DNA of 64,000 nucleotides from Vulcanimicrobiota bacterium (lineage in GTDB: Bacteria > Vulcanimicrobiota > Vulcanimicrobiia > Vulcanimicrobiales > Vulcanimicrobiaceae): assembly GCA_963695225.1 (NCBI GenBank), contig OY968762.1:1-64000 (forward strand), written 5' to 3'. Below the pieces are notes generated by a model. It had not been told where the DNA came from. It ran no database searches and saw only the letters and a program-made list of their open reading frames with translations. Shown in pieces: positions 28,059-37,948 of the stretch (positions within the stretch are counted from its first letter, which is position 1; every line of letters starts with the position of its first letter). The position numbers and the translations under genes were made by a program.

Positions 28059-28268
28059 TTAAGGGTTTGGCGTGAAGAGGTCCGCCTCGGCAACTCCCAA
28101 CGCGACGGCTATCTTCGCAAGGGAGACCTTGGATGGCGGATGTTTCCCGCGCTCCAGCTCCGCTACGAGAGCCTGGCTAACGCCGGCCTTTGTGGCAAGG
28201 CCACGTTGCGTCAGTTTTAGAAAGCTACGATGCTCGGCGAGGAGTTTCGGGTCGAATATTGATTCCAT
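28059..28268 (-). CDS. XRE-family HTH regulator
   Basis: LTQRGLATKAGVSQALVAELERGKHPPS...KIAVALGV. Confidence 0.85.
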   Translation of the reverse strand: MESIFDPKLLAEHRSFLKLTQRGLATKAGVSQALVAELERGKHPPSKVSLAKIAVALGVAEADLFTPNP

Positions 28269-28744
28269 CCCCGCTTCGATCCGGCATGTGGCTCGCCCAG
28301 ACCTCCATCCCGGACGAGCTTATGCCGCCCGGTCTGCTCGGAGGCGGCGAAGAGTACCTCGGGCGGCGGATGAATCGGTATTGGCTCTGCCGGTGAGCCC
28401 CTTGCGCCCCGCCCTCCCGCTGACTTTCACGGAGCTATCAGCAGCGGCGCCTCGAGCGCAAGGAGTAACGCAAAATGGCCTCGATTATCTCGATCCGCGA
28501 CGACCGCACGAGGTTCTGCGAGCTCGGCATGATGGCGAACAAGGGCGCCTGGAACGCCGTAACGCAATCTGGATGTTCAGTAGCGCGAGCAATTGCGCAA
28601 ACGCGCTCTGCGAGTTGTACGCCGCGACGCGGCCGAGCCTGAACCAACGCGAGCAGGTTCTCGCGATGGCCGCGGAAGGCACAGGCGTGATCGTGAGTCC
28701 CTCTACTTCATTGAACGCCCCAAACGGGAGAGGCGAATGAACGA

Positions 28745-29857
28745 ATGAGCGTCTACAAACGCAAGTCCGGTCAGTGGGCCGTGCGAGTCGACGTCGATCG
28801 CGACGCCGACGGTCGCCGTGTCCGCAAGAACCTCGGCACGTTCCCTACGCGAAAGGCGGCCGAGTCGGCAGAGCGCAAGGCACTCGAAGCGCGGGATCGC
28901 GGAGTCGACTTCGATCTAGCGGCGCTTACAGTCGGTGAAGCCTGCGACCGATTCCTCGATCGGTGCCGGGCGAAAAATCTGGCCCCGGCCAGTTTGACCC
29001 GCTACGCCGAGCACTTCCGGGACCTCAGTGCAATCCGGGACGCGCCTATCGGCCGGCTCACGCACGGCCAGGTGTGCAGAGTCTACCAGGCCGCCGCCGC
29101 ACGAAACCTCTCGCCGAAGTCCCTGCGGGTCCTCCACGGCGCGCTCCGCGCCGTGGTCGCCTGGGCCGTCCCCGAATCGCCCAGCATGCGTGCCTTGACA
29201 CTAGCCGCCCGCGACCTGCCGAGTGTCCCGAAAACCTTGGCGCGGGCGCTCGACGAGGGCGAGGTGCAGCGTCTCCTTGCCGCCGCCGCCGCGACCCCCT
29301 GGGAGGCGTTCCTCGTGCTGGCGATCTGCACCGGGGCGCGGCGATCGGAGCTTGCGGCCCTGCGTTGGGACGACATCGACTTTGCGCATCGGACGGCCAA
29401 GATCGCGCGCTCCTTGGCGTTCGACGTGCAGGGCGACCTCGCCGAAAAGTCTACGAAGACCGGGACCGAGCGCTTCGTCTCACTGAACGTCCTCGCTCTC
29501 GATACGCTCCGCGCACACCGGGCAAACCAAGCCGAAGAGCGCCTGCGCGCCGGACCGGCCTACGAAGCGAACAATCTCATCTTCGCCGACCCGGTAGGAC
29601 GGCCGTGGAACCCCCACTCGATCTCAAACGCGTTCGCTCGACTAGCCAAGCGTGCGGGTGTTTGCGGACGCTTACACGACTTGAGGCACAGTTGCGCGAG
29701 CTGGCTGTTGCAGGGCGGAACCGACGTTCGGACCGTTGCGGGGATCCTCGGCCACAGCACTCCGGTCACGACCCTCGGCACCTACGCCCACGTCATGCCC
29801 GGAGCACAGGCGCAGGCCGTCGAGCAGATCGCCGATCGCCTCCGCCGGCGCCCGTAA
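28745..29857 (+). CDS. int: Tyrosine integrase with N-terminal arm-binding domain
   Basis: TGARRSEL, TKTG, HDLRHS, LGHS, TYAH; complete catalytic set. Confidence 0.95.
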   Translation: MSVYKRKSGQWAVRVDVDRDADGRRVRKNLGTFPTRKAAESAERKALEARDRGVDFDLAALTVGEACDRFLDRCRAKNLAPASLTRYAEHFRDLSAIRDAPIGRLTHGQVCRVYQAAAARNLSPKSLRVLHGALRAVVAWAVPESPSMRALTLAARDLPSVPKTLARALDEGEVQRLLAAAAATPWEAFLVLAICTGARRSELAALRWDDIDFAHRTAKIARSLAFDVQGDLAEKSTKTGTERFVSLNVLALDTLRAHRANQAEERLRAGPAYEANNLIFADPVGRPWNPHSISNAFARLAKRAGVCGRLHDLRHSCASWLLQGGTDVRTVAGILGHSTPVTTLGTYAHVMPGAQAQAVEQIADRLRRRP

Positions 29858-29870
29858 GCGCCACGGAGAG

Positions 29871-29901
29871 CGGTGACCATTCGGTGACCATACGGGTCAC
29901 C
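29871..29901. repeat. Integrase arm-type sites
   Basis: CGGTGACCAT twice in direct orientation plus inverted GGTCACC; related GGTGGCCATTCGG at 30079-30091; copy at 38365-38395. Confidence 0.65.
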
Positions 29902-30004
29902 AAAGGCGGTTACTGGACGGTACGAGACGAGCCGCGATGTCGCGCAAACCCTTACGGGTCGGGCTTCTTCGACACAAGGTGCTACGGAACGACACCGCTA
30001 CCCT

Positions 30005-30028
30005 CGAGTTCGAGTCTCGGTCATCCCA
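30005..30028 (+). repeat. att core: 3' end of a tRNA (T-arm plus acceptor strand)
   Basis: CGAG-TTCGAGT-CTCGG-TCATCCC-A; identical copy at 38499-38522. Confidence 0.85.
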
Positions 30029-30413
30029 TTGAAAGAACCTTAATTTGATAGGATTCTTTGAGTAAGGCAAGCGTGCGAGGTGGCCATTCGGCGGTGCATC
30101 CATGGCAATCTCTTGGTTAAACCCAAGCTAGGACGTTTGTGCGATTGTCGATTCTGGTATTGTTACTGACCCGAATCCGAGAAGTTTGGAGTAACTAAGC
30201 TGGATTGGAAAATAGGGCCTACGGTTGCCGCTTTAGCGCAGGATACGAAACCAAACGGTGATCGAAAAGATCGTTGGGGCCTACTACTGAGAAGTCGGGT
30301 CACCGATCTACGACACCTGCAGACCGCCAAGATAGTGGCATGAAAGGACCTCGCCCAGTCATTCACGATTACGGCAACTACGCAGGGAATCGGCGAAGAC
30401 GGGTTGGGCTTGA

Positions 30414-31244
30414 ATGACGAAGAGTGAAGCACGCGAACTTTCAAAGTTGATTGCGTCCTATTCGAAGGATGCGACGGCATGGCAAGTCGACCGCCTCTCA
30501 CAGGGCAAGAAGCTGAAGGAATTCCACACATGGGCTGATGGCAAAGCTTTGATCTCTGCGGATCGCGTACGTCACTCGGACGGGACAGGGTTGTATTTTC
30601 TGCTTATCGATTGGAAGAAAAATGACGAATGGTACTGCGTCATATATCCGGAAGACAAAGCAGGTCCGCTAGCTGAGATCTGGGAGATCGAAGGCGACGG
30701 CTCTTCGAAGAGACTCACATGGAAATACAAGCCGACAAAACAAGACGACCGGAATTCCGAACGACGAAACATTTTCGAGAAATTGGTTGGCAGCACGAGC
30801 GTCGAAATCAGACTCCCGCGGGAACCGGCTCTGGTCCAGAACTTCCTAGACGCGGTCTTCCGGCTTGTCGCCAGCCGGATTCAAGCGGATAGCCTGTCAA
30901 GCATAGATTCGGAGGATGAGGAGTTTCCGGAAGGGGCGACGCTGGAGCGCAGGCACGTAGCGCGAGAACGCAATCGTAAACTCATTCTCGCGGCGAAGCA
31001 GCGGGCACGTGATAGGGGATCGGTCGCTTGTCAAGTCTGTGGATTCGATTTTGAAATGCGTTACGGTGAGATCGGCGCAGGATTTATTGAGGCTCACCAC
31101 ACCGTCCCACTGAGCGAACTCGATAATGAGACTCGGACCCGCGTGGAAGATCTGGCGTTGGTATGCTCCAATTGCCACAGGATGCTTCATCGGCGCCGGC
31201 CGTGGTTAAGCATGGATGGGTTGACAAGACTGCTGAAGCAATGA
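30414..31244 (+). CDS. HNH endonuclease (McrA-like C-terminus)
   Basis: CQVCGFDF...IEAHHTVPL...LVCSNCHRMLH; lower GC than flanks. Confidence 0.9.
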   Translation: MTKSEARELSKLIASYSKDATAWQVDRLSQGKKLKEFHTWADGKALISADRVRHSDGTGLYFLLIDWKKNDEWYCVIYPEDKAGPLAEIWEIEGDGSSKRLTWKYKPTKQDDRNSERRNIFEKLVGSTSVEIRLPREPALVQNFLDAVFRLVASRIQADSLSSIDSEDEEFPEGATLERRHVARERNRKLILAAKQRARDRGSVACQVCGFDFEMRYGEIGAGFIEAHHTVPLSELDNETRTRVEDLALVCSNCHRMLHRRRPWLSMDGLTRLLKQ

Positions 31245-31329
31245 GCAGCGGGTAAGGCTCAAAGCGGTTGCACAACCGACCGCTGGGGCCCCGGTGGTTA
31301 CGCCAACGGGCGTTTTGATTCGATTCCCA

Positions 31330-34300
31330 TTACTGTGGTCCAAAGGCTTCCTCGGCGCTGCGAATTGAATGCTCCGCACGCCGCTGTCCCATCCGCCGTA
31401 GGCCCTCGAAGAACCGTCGCACGTAGGGCGACAGCCCTTCGCGCTGCAGCGCCGCATCTCCAATCGCTGTGAGGCGCAAATCGCTCGGGGCGGGCTCGTA
31501 ATGACCCACGGCTTCAGCGCCCGAAACCAAGGCATTCGTAATTGGTCCTTCGAGCCGGCTACCGAGGTCTTCGCTCGAGGCGTATGCGCGCTCGAGAATG
31601 CGGATGACGTAGTCCACGTCCGTGGTCAGCATTTCGTGGGGAACGTGGCGCAGCCAGGAGACCCCAACCTGTTGCCCTTCGACGTCAGCGTCATCGAGTG
31701 CAGCCTCGACCATGCGTTTGACGATGTCTGGTGCGGCTTCCCCAACGCGGCCGACGAGGAGTGCCACCCGATCGCACTCGCGATGCGTCAGACCCTTCCT
31801 GTGCGACAGCGCAAGCAATTCTTGCTCGAATGACGGCGATTCGAGAAGTGCCTGAATGAGTTCGTCGAACTCACGACCGACGTAGGGAATAGCGTGGTAC
31901 GAGCGTTCGTCCGGCCCGTCGAAGATCCGCGCCCCGAAAAGAGTCAGCACAATTGAAGAGCGCGTCGGGGCGATTTTGCTGAGGAAGCTGAGCGGCCAAT
32001 ACTCGAGGTCTGGAACACGCGCGAGCTTGCTCACCAGTGCCTCGAGGATTGCGTGGTCTGCGTGATCGATACCCGAAGGTAACGCCATGAAAATGCGGTT
32101 AGCGAGCTGCGCATCATCATCGATGTTCGTCGTCAGGGCGAGCGCCACGATGCGGTCAGGATAGCGCCTCTTAAAAAAGAGCAAATTGTGGGCTGCCGCG
32201 CGTCGCACCTCGAGCCGGGGATCTGACAGCAGTCGCGCAAATAGGCGCTGCCGCATCTCGCCGTCACGGTCGTCCGAACCGACGCGAAGCGGAAGGGCGT
32301 TTGAGACCCCTATTGCAGCTTCGATGCTCCCTTGATTGAGGACGCGGTGCGCGAACGCCTCGCCGCTCGCTGGGTCACGCTCGAGCCTCGTCGCGACGAA
32401 GGGGGCGATGCCTTGCAAATACCTTGGGTCACCGCGCTCGAGGATCGCTTCGCCGAGCGAATCGCTGAGATCCGGCCGCAAACGCGAAATTTCCCAAAAG
32501 ATGTGCCATGGCGTCCCGCCAAGACCGGCGCGCCCGATCGCGTCGAGGCGCGCAGCGAGGTCCTCCAAGAGGCCGTTCGGTTCGGGGAACTCCGCGACTA
32601 GCTGCTCTGTGGTGCGCTCGAGAAACGCTGCGCGCCGCTGCTCGCCGACGGCTGGATCCTCGGTACGGAGGTCGACGAACGTGTCGAAGACGAGGAAGCT
32701 GTCGATCATGGCGCGGTATCGGTTGCGCTCGGCGGTTGGAGCAAGCCGATCCAGAATCGATCCGGCGCGCTCGAGAACGAGTCGTGTCCTGCCGTACTGC
32801 GCGTAGAAGCCCAAGGAGTGGAAAATACGCAGCTCGCGGATTGGCCATGCGCCGCCTACAATGATGCGGTCGAAGGCGTCGAACGCCATCGCCCGCTCGC
32901 GATCCCAGGATGCGATGGTTTCGAGTGTCGGCTCAACAATCTGGTTTTCCGGGTCGCGCAATAGGTCAACGAGCAGCTTGATGGCGCGGTCTGCACGGCG
33001 ATCATCGGGTCCCAAAGCGCTCGCGGCGACCATAGAGATGGTGCGGTCACGCAGCAGTCGCACCGAGTCAACGGCTAGCACCGTCCGATGAATCGTGAGT
33101 TGTGTCGCGCGCGAGAGCATCGAAGAAACGTCCCGCTTGAGGACGGGGGCGACGAGGTCCAAGAGTGAGTGCTGGGGAGTGTCACGTTCGCCGCGATCAA
33201 GGAGAGCGCCAACGGCATCGACAATTCTCGCAGCCAGTCCGGAGCCGACGCCGATTTCGTACGCAGCGAGATCGGTGATGAGACGTAACGGATCCTCACG
33301 GCTATGGTTGGTGTCGCTTTCTTTCCCCAGGTGCCACAAGAGCTGGACGCACCGCGCGACGAGGTTTGGCGATCCGAGCATCACGAACCTTAGAACGCCC
33401 GGAATTTCGCGCAGTACGTCATCGTGAGTGAGCACGAAGCCGGCGTTGAAGAAGGGTTGCGTGTCCTCGTTCGTCGCAGGATGAGCGACGAGGTACGTGA
33501 CGAGTTCGTAGACGTCATCGGGCTTATAGAAACCGAGCTCGTTGAGGCTTTCGAGGAACTGCGCACGAACTAAACTGTTCGCCGACTTGACGATCTCTTG
33601 CACGTGATACCACGCGGGCGTGAAGACATCGGGGCCGTCGGTTGTGCGGGACTCGAGGTCGGCGATCGCAATGTTTCGTAAGAGTTGCGCGTTGAGTGGA
33701 AAATGTTCGAGGAGCCGCAGATGAAAAGCCGTTTGTCGTCCGCGGACGACGAGGGCTTCGAGAAGGATCGATTGTCGGAGCATCTCCGGCGCGATGAGGT
33801 ACTGAAATCCCCGGCGGACCAGGACCCCCGCGTCGTCGAGTGCGTCTAGCGCGCGGAGAAGACGGTCAACGTCCATGTCAACCGCCGCGGCGGCACCGGC
33901 AAGCCACACCTCGTCCTCGATCTTCGCCGGGCCGAGTGCGGCAAGCAGCTGAAGGGTCGCCTTTACATCGTCTTTCGGCACGTCGTCGGAGACGCGACCA
34001 GTAGCGATCTCCCGGTACAGTGAACGGACGAGGTCGCGGACGTCTGCGTTGCTCTTCAGATCGCTGGGGTTGCTGCGTTGGTCTCGCAACAGCCGGGTCG
34101 TGAGAATCGTGTCGAGCGGGGTATCGATCGCGAACTTGACGATTGCTTCCTCAACGTGAGGGTCTTCGTTGCCAAGGACTTGTCGCACGAGCGCGATCGT
34201 GGGCTCGCGTGTTAAGGGTCGCAGCGGGATCGGCCGAACCTCGTCGGGTGCAAAACCCGCCTGTACGACGCTGTCGTACAGTAACGTGGTAGAGGACGGG

Positions 34301-35205
34301 CCCGTTAGGAGGATCTTGAGCTCGGGCATTCGGAGCGCGTGGGTAAGCAGCGCCTGGAGACCATCGACATCCGGCGCGTCATCGACGACGAGCAGACCAG
34401 GCCCAAACCGCAGTTCCCGCAAGGCCTCGGAGGTGACGGCCATGCCCGGTACGTGAAAGACTGTGGAGCGGCCCGGGATCGGAGTCGCGGTCAGGTCGTA
34501 GGCCGTTTTCGTCTTCCCAATGCCGATCGGGCCTGTCACGATCGCGACCCGCTCGCCTGAAGCGAGGAATGACCTCAACTCGTCGAGCGCAGCCGGCGAT
34601 CCGACGCGGGTCCACGCATGATTGATGGGCCGAGCGGGATCTACAAAAGGTTCGAAGTACGCGTCGTGCCCGATGAACGTTGTTACGCGGCCACGGCCGA
34701 GGAACGGCGCAACGAAGCTCGCACCAAGATTCCGTTCGATGTAGTCGGCGGCTTCATCGTGCGGAAGCTCGCGGACCGCGTCGCTGAGACGCACTTGGTC
34801 CCAGAGTTCCCACTTCGCGTGCTTACCGAGTTCCGTGCGCGCGCCGACCGTCGCTCGTTGCGAGAGCGCGAGGATGTACCCGTCGGCTCGGTACGTCGCC
34901 TGCGCGACAGCCTTCGCGACGTCCCTCGCTCCGAAGTTTGCTACCTTTTTTGCTTGAATCCCGAGATGACCGCGCTCATCCGAATCAGCGCGGATATCTA
35001 TGCCTGCTTGATCATCGCCCGAGACGCCATGAAATTCGACGTTGGTATAGCCACCAACGCGACGAAAGAGGTCACGGACCGCCTCTTCGAACCAGGGCCA
35101 GGGCTGATTCGGATCGTTGAACGGTAGGTAAGGAATGCGGGGTCGAATCGGCAGGGCACCGACGTCGTGCGTCGGCCTCGAACGATCGGGATTGTGGGTG
35201 CTCAC
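31330..35205 (-). CDS. Mrr-like nuclease + STAND NTPase + helical-repeat protein (Avs/NLR-like defence)
   Basis: FEEAVRDL..DQAGIDI..GIQAKK; Walker A GPIGIGKT; Walker B LLVVDDA; long helical C-terminus; 1291 aa. Confidence 0.8.
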   Translation of the reverse strand: MSTHNPDRSRPTHDVGALPIRPRIPYLPFNDPNQPWPWFEEAVRDLFRRVGGYTNVEFHGVSGDDQAGIDIRADSDERGHLGIQAKKVANFGARDVAKAVAQATYRADGYILALSQRATVGARTELGKHAKWELWDQVRLSDAVRELPHDEAADYIERNLGASFVAPFLGRGRVTTFIGHDAYFEPFVDPARPINHAWTRVGSPAALDELRSFLASGERVAIVTGPIGIGKTKTAYDLTATPIPGRSTVFHVPGMAVTSEALRELRFGPGLLVVDDAPDVDGLQALLTHALRMPELKILLTGPSSTTLLYDSVVQAGFAPDEVRPIPLRPLTREPTIALVRQVLGNEDPHVEEAIVKFAIDTPLDTILTTRLLRDQRSNPSDLKSNADVRDLVRSLYREIATGRVSDDVPKDDVKATLQLLAALGPAKIEDEVWLAGAAAAVDMDVDRLLRALDALDDAGVLVRRGFQYLIAPEMLRQSILLEALVVRGRQTAFHLRLLEHFPLNAQLLRNIAIADLESRTTDGPDVFTPAWYHVQEIVKSANSLVRAQFLESLNELGFYKPDDVYELVTYLVAHPATNEDTQPFFNAGFVLTHDDVLREIPGVLRFVMLGSPNLVARCVQLLWHLGKESDTNHSREDPLRLITDLAAYEIGVGSGLAARIVDAVGALLDRGERDTPQHSLLDLVAPVLKRDVSSMLSRATQLTIHRTVLAVDSVRLLRDRTISMVAASALGPDDRRADRAIKLLVDLLRDPENQIVEPTLETIASWDRERAMAFDAFDRIIVGGAWPIRELRIFHSLGFYAQYGRTRLVLERAGSILDRLAPTAERNRYRAMIDSFLVFDTFVDLRTEDPAVGEQRRAAFLERTTEQLVAEFPEPNGLLEDLAARLDAIGRAGLGGTPWHIFWEISRLRPDLSDSLGEAILERGDPRYLQGIAPFVATRLERDPASGEAFAHRVLNQGSIEAAIGVSNALPLRVGSDDRDGEMRQRLFARLLSDPRLEVRRAAAHNLLFFKRRYPDRIVALALTTNIDDDAQLANRIFMALPSGIDHADHAILEALVSKLARVPDLEYWPLSFLSKIAPTRSSIVLTLFGARIFDGPDERSYHAIPYVGREFDELIQALLESPSFEQELLALSHRKGLTHRECDRVALLVGRVGEAAPDIVKRMVEAALDDADVEGQQVGVSWLRHVPHEMLTTDVDYVIRILERAYASSEDLGSRLEGPITNALVSGAEAVGHYEPAPSDLRLTAIGDAALQREGLSPYVRRFFEGLRRMGQRRAEHSIRSAEEAFGPQ

Positions 35206-35816
35206 CGGTCCTCCAAGTGGAGTGAGGACACGTCGACGCCGCCACGGTCTAAGAGCTCGCCCATGCGCTGCGCAAAGGCCGGCGCATGTCGGGCCAGCCG
35301 GTCGAGGACTGAATGGTGCGTCATCAGGGGTCTCTTAAGTGATGCCGCTTGCTCGAAGATACGGCGAGCGATGCGAACCTCGTTCCCGGGCCCCGCTTCG
35401 ACCAGCTCCGTCAGAAAGCGGTCCGCATTCAGCGGGCGGATTCGCCGTGGCAGCAACGCCTCGAGCGGAAAGTCCCGCACGTTCTGCGTGACGAGCAGGT
35501 CGGCGTCACTGCGAATCCCGGCGGCGAGGACGTGGCGATCCTTCGCATCGTTTCCCAAGCGGGGGATGAGAGACTCGTAGTCTTCGGTTAGAGCCTCCGG
35601 GAAAGCGTCGTTCATCAACGTGATGCGTCGCAGGGCTTGGGCCGGCGAGCAAAGTCCGTCGTCGACGAGGTTGCAACGAACCTCCTCGAGGATCTGCGGC
35701 GACCACCGCGGCAGATACAGGCCCAGCTCGGCAAGTGAGAGGAGTGTATCGCACAGCGGCATCGGGATGAGCACGTCCGCATCGAGGAGGGCGACAATCT
35801 CCTTAGCTAGGCTCAT
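35202..35816 (-). CDS. PIN-domain toxin
   Basis: ALLDADVL, WSPQILEE, DAKDRHVLAA, LVTQNVRDFP. Confidence 0.9.
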   Translation of the reverse strand: MSLAKEIVALLDADVLIPMPLCDTLLSLAELGLYLPRWSPQILEEVRCNLVDDGLCSPAQALRRITLMNDAFPEALTEDYESLIPRLGNDAKDRHVLAAGIRSDADLLVTQNVRDFPLEALLPRRIRPLNADRFLTELVEAGPGNEVRIARRIFEQAASLKRPLMTHHSVLDRLARHAPAFAQRMGELLDRGGVDVSSLHLEDR

Positions 35817-36246
35817 CGTAGGCGCCGAGCTCAACGCTCTGCTCGTGTAGTTCGCCCAGCGCGCTGCGCCGTCGACGATCGCGGCGCTCCTTGTAGGCGA
35901 GGACGTCGCCGAGCGTGACGCGATGATGGGTGCCGACCTTCAGCGCATTCAACTCGCCCGCGGCGACCAGGCGCCGCACGAACTCCCGCGAGACGCCCAG
36001 TACGCTGCCCACCTCTCGGAGGGATAGCTGCCGATCACTCGGGACGATGTGGACGCTGGCACCGCGGTCCAAGTGCGCGATGATGTTGCGCAAGGCCACA
36101 ACGATCGATTCGGGCAGGACGGCCGGCTCCCCGCCGACCTGCAACGTCACCACGCTGCCGGAACGCGGTTCGGCGAGGAGGAGGTACTTCAGGCGAGTGA
36201 CGGTCGCCCGGTCGGCTGGCAAAGCGGCGAGATGATCGAGGGGCAT
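35803..36246 (-). CDS. Excisionase-type HTH protein, likely antitoxin of the PIN gene
   Basis: LSLREVGSVLGVSREFVRRLVAAGEL..KVGTHHRV..DVLAYK. Confidence 0.88.
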   Translation of the reverse strand: MPLDHLAALPADRATVTRLKYLLLAEPRSGSVVTLQVGGEPAVLPESIVVALRNIIAHLDRGASVHIVPSDRQLSLREVGSVLGVSREFVRRLVAAGELNALKVGTHHRVTLGDVLAYKERRDRRRRSALGELHEQSVELGAYDEPS

Positions 36247-36437
36247 GCAACCATTTTAGTCCATCAAGTGCTATAACTGCAACCACCGCCGTATTCTGCT
36301 CGAGGGAGCGGATCCACGGAGCTTCTCGGTGGCCGCTTCGGGCGATCGTGCCATCGCTTTGGAGCCGATGACCAGTAAGTTCATTAGTTATCGGATTGCT
36401 ATTTACAGCTATGCGATACCTGTGCTACCATGGTCCC

Positions 36438-37112
36438 ATGGCGAAATTGAGCGTGACGCTGGCCGAGGGCGCAGATAGAGCGCTTCGAGCTCTCGCCCTT
36501 GAGCATGGGACGAATCACTCTGTCGTGACTGAGGCGGCTGTCATGCACCTTGCGCATCTCCCGGCATTTGAGAGAGAACGTTTAATCCGCGGTATTCACG
36601 CCAGCAAAAAAGCGTATACGCGGGGCAGATGGCGCGCAGCGTTCTGGGATGCGGTGTATGACGAATTTTGGTTCGCTCAAGAGTTGCGAAGCGGTCGGCT
36701 CAGCGATTATACGCCCTTGACCTTTGCCGGTTTCCAAATCTGGTTTCAGACCGATAGAGTGGCTGAGCCGGATCCGGAAGACGCTCCTTTCTACGTGCAG
36801 GTCATGGCGAACCCAAACGAGCAACGATTGTCCCCCAAAGACACGCGACATCAATTCACGTTTTCGCGAGACCTCTCCCCGTACGACGCCGCGCTCGAAG
36901 TCGCAAACTTTATTCGGGATCGGGTTTCCGCTCTAGGTACGCTTGAGATCGTTGAACTCCCAGGCGGGGGAAGGGCACTACTCGATCATGCTGGTCCGCA
37001 TTGGATGGCGCAGCCAGAAATCGATCCAACACGGTTGCCAATAGCTGTAAACGGCGAAACCGGATCTTTCATTTTGGAATATCGCTACGTCTTGCGACGG
37101 CGACAAACTTAG
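36438..37112 (+). CDS. Hypothetical protein with ribbon-helix-helix-like N-terminus
   Basis: MAKLSVTL..ADRALRALA..HG.NHS.V.EAAV; TGcTACCAT just upstream of the ATG. Confidence 0.6.
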   Translation: MAKLSVTLAEGADRALRALALEHGTNHSVVTEAAVMHLAHLPAFERERLIRGIHASKKAYTRGRWRAAFWDAVYDEFWFAQELRSGRLSDYTPLTFAGFQIWFQTDRVAEPDPEDAPFYVQVMANPNEQRLSPKDTRHQFTFSRDLSPYDAALEVANFIRDRVSALGTLEIVELPGGGRALLDHAGPHWMAQPEIDPTRLPIAVNGETGSFILEYRYVLRRRQT

Positions 37113-37189
37113 GGCCAGGACCTACCGGCGCTGCATTACGCCGGGAGCGGCGGCATGGAGACCTGGAAAATGAATGAACGCTTGCGATG

Positions 37190-37876
37190 CTACCAGCCTA
37201 CGGGCTTCTTGATGGTCTTGCCTTGCGCGTCGATGAGGACGCTTGGGAACTGTGCTGCAGCCAAATGTTCTTCCCTAATATCGCGCGAAAACTTCGCGAT
37301 CTTGCGCAATGTGATGCTTTGTTTCGCCTGTGGTGCCGGTCCAGGACGTCCGGTAATGCGATGCTGACAGTCAGCCGTGCTCTGCGAATGAGGGTTGAAG
37401 ATGCCGACCGGAATATTCAACTCCTTGTTGATGATTCGCACAGGCTCTGCGAGATCAGAGTCGTTCGTAACAACGATGAGCTGATCGCAATCGTTGCGGA
37501 AAGCATCGACAAGCATGTGCGTTGCGATATTGACGTCGGAGCCTTTCTCTTCCATTTTCACGACCTGAACCGTAGCGGGACCGCCGACGGGTGGATTGGC
37601 AAGCCGCATGCGCGGTTTGCTCTCCAGAAAATGGCCATAGTGAACGGTGAGGTTCGGGATTGTTTCGAGCGCGCGAATGAAGAACTGCTGCCGGTTGGCC
37701 ATATGGGGGTCGGCGGGCGTCGATTTTACGAGTGCCGTAAAATAGCGAATCCGGTTGATGCTAAGTCCTGGGAGAACTTCTAGGCAGAGCTTCGCAACGT
37801 CGAGCCATTTGTATGGCGTGCCCTTGACGGCACCGTAATAGAGATTGAAGCCGTCGATGTAGATATTGGTGCGAAT
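37190..37876 (-). CDS. NYN (LabA/DUF88, PIN-like) ribonuclease with probable ATT start codon
   Basis: Frame open 58 codons upstream of the tracked ATG: IRTNIYIDGFNLYYG...EEKGSDVNIA...VTNDSDL; AGGAG 7 nt before ATT. Confidence 0.85.
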   Translation of the reverse strand: MRTNIYIDGFNLYYGAVKGTPYKWLDVAKLCLEVLPGLSINRIRYFTALVKSTPADPHMANRQQFFIRALETIPNLTVHYGHFLESKPRMRLANPPVGGPATVQVVKMEEKGSDVNIATHMLVDAFRNDCDQLIVVTNDSDLAEPVRIINKELNIPVGIFNPHSQSTADCQHRITGRPGPAPQAKQSITLRKIAKFSRDIREEHLAAAQFPSVLIDAQGKTIKKPVGW

Positions 37877-37890
37877 TCCCAGGCTCCTAG

Positions 37891-37948
37891 AAAAAGCAAA
37901 GCCGCCTTGCGGCGGCTCGCACCCTCGCTCCGAAGATTGAGGGGGGAT
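37891..37948 (-). ncRNA. Candidate ~60-nt leader/antitoxin RNA: UUCG hairpin plus intrinsic terminator
   Basis: CCCUC-AA-UC-UUCG-GA-GC-GAGGG then AGCCGCC-GCAA-GGCGGCU-UUGCUUUUU; TGcTATCCT upstream. Confidence 0.5.

Larger units (their letters stand above)
1..30028 (+). mobile_element. Integrative conjugative element; left end lies outside the window, right end at a tRNA-3'-fragment att site
   Basis: T4SS and coupling-protein genes, candidate Rep, defence cargo, and a tyrosine integrase (28745-29857) directly followed by arm-type repeats and a tRNA T-arm/acceptor fragment ending at 30028. Confidence 0.85.

Noticed and set aside
28072..28740. 222-aa plus-strand ORF before the integrase
   Set aside because: First third is antisense to the XRE gene; the rest has no recognisable motif or clear start
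29950..30028. Complete tRNA gene at either att site
   Set aside because: Only the T-arm and 3' acceptor strand are present; the isotype cannot be assigned
37190..37702. NYN gene as a truncated 170-aa ORF or pseudogene
   Set aside because: Frame continues without stops to 37876 and includes the first catalytic motif
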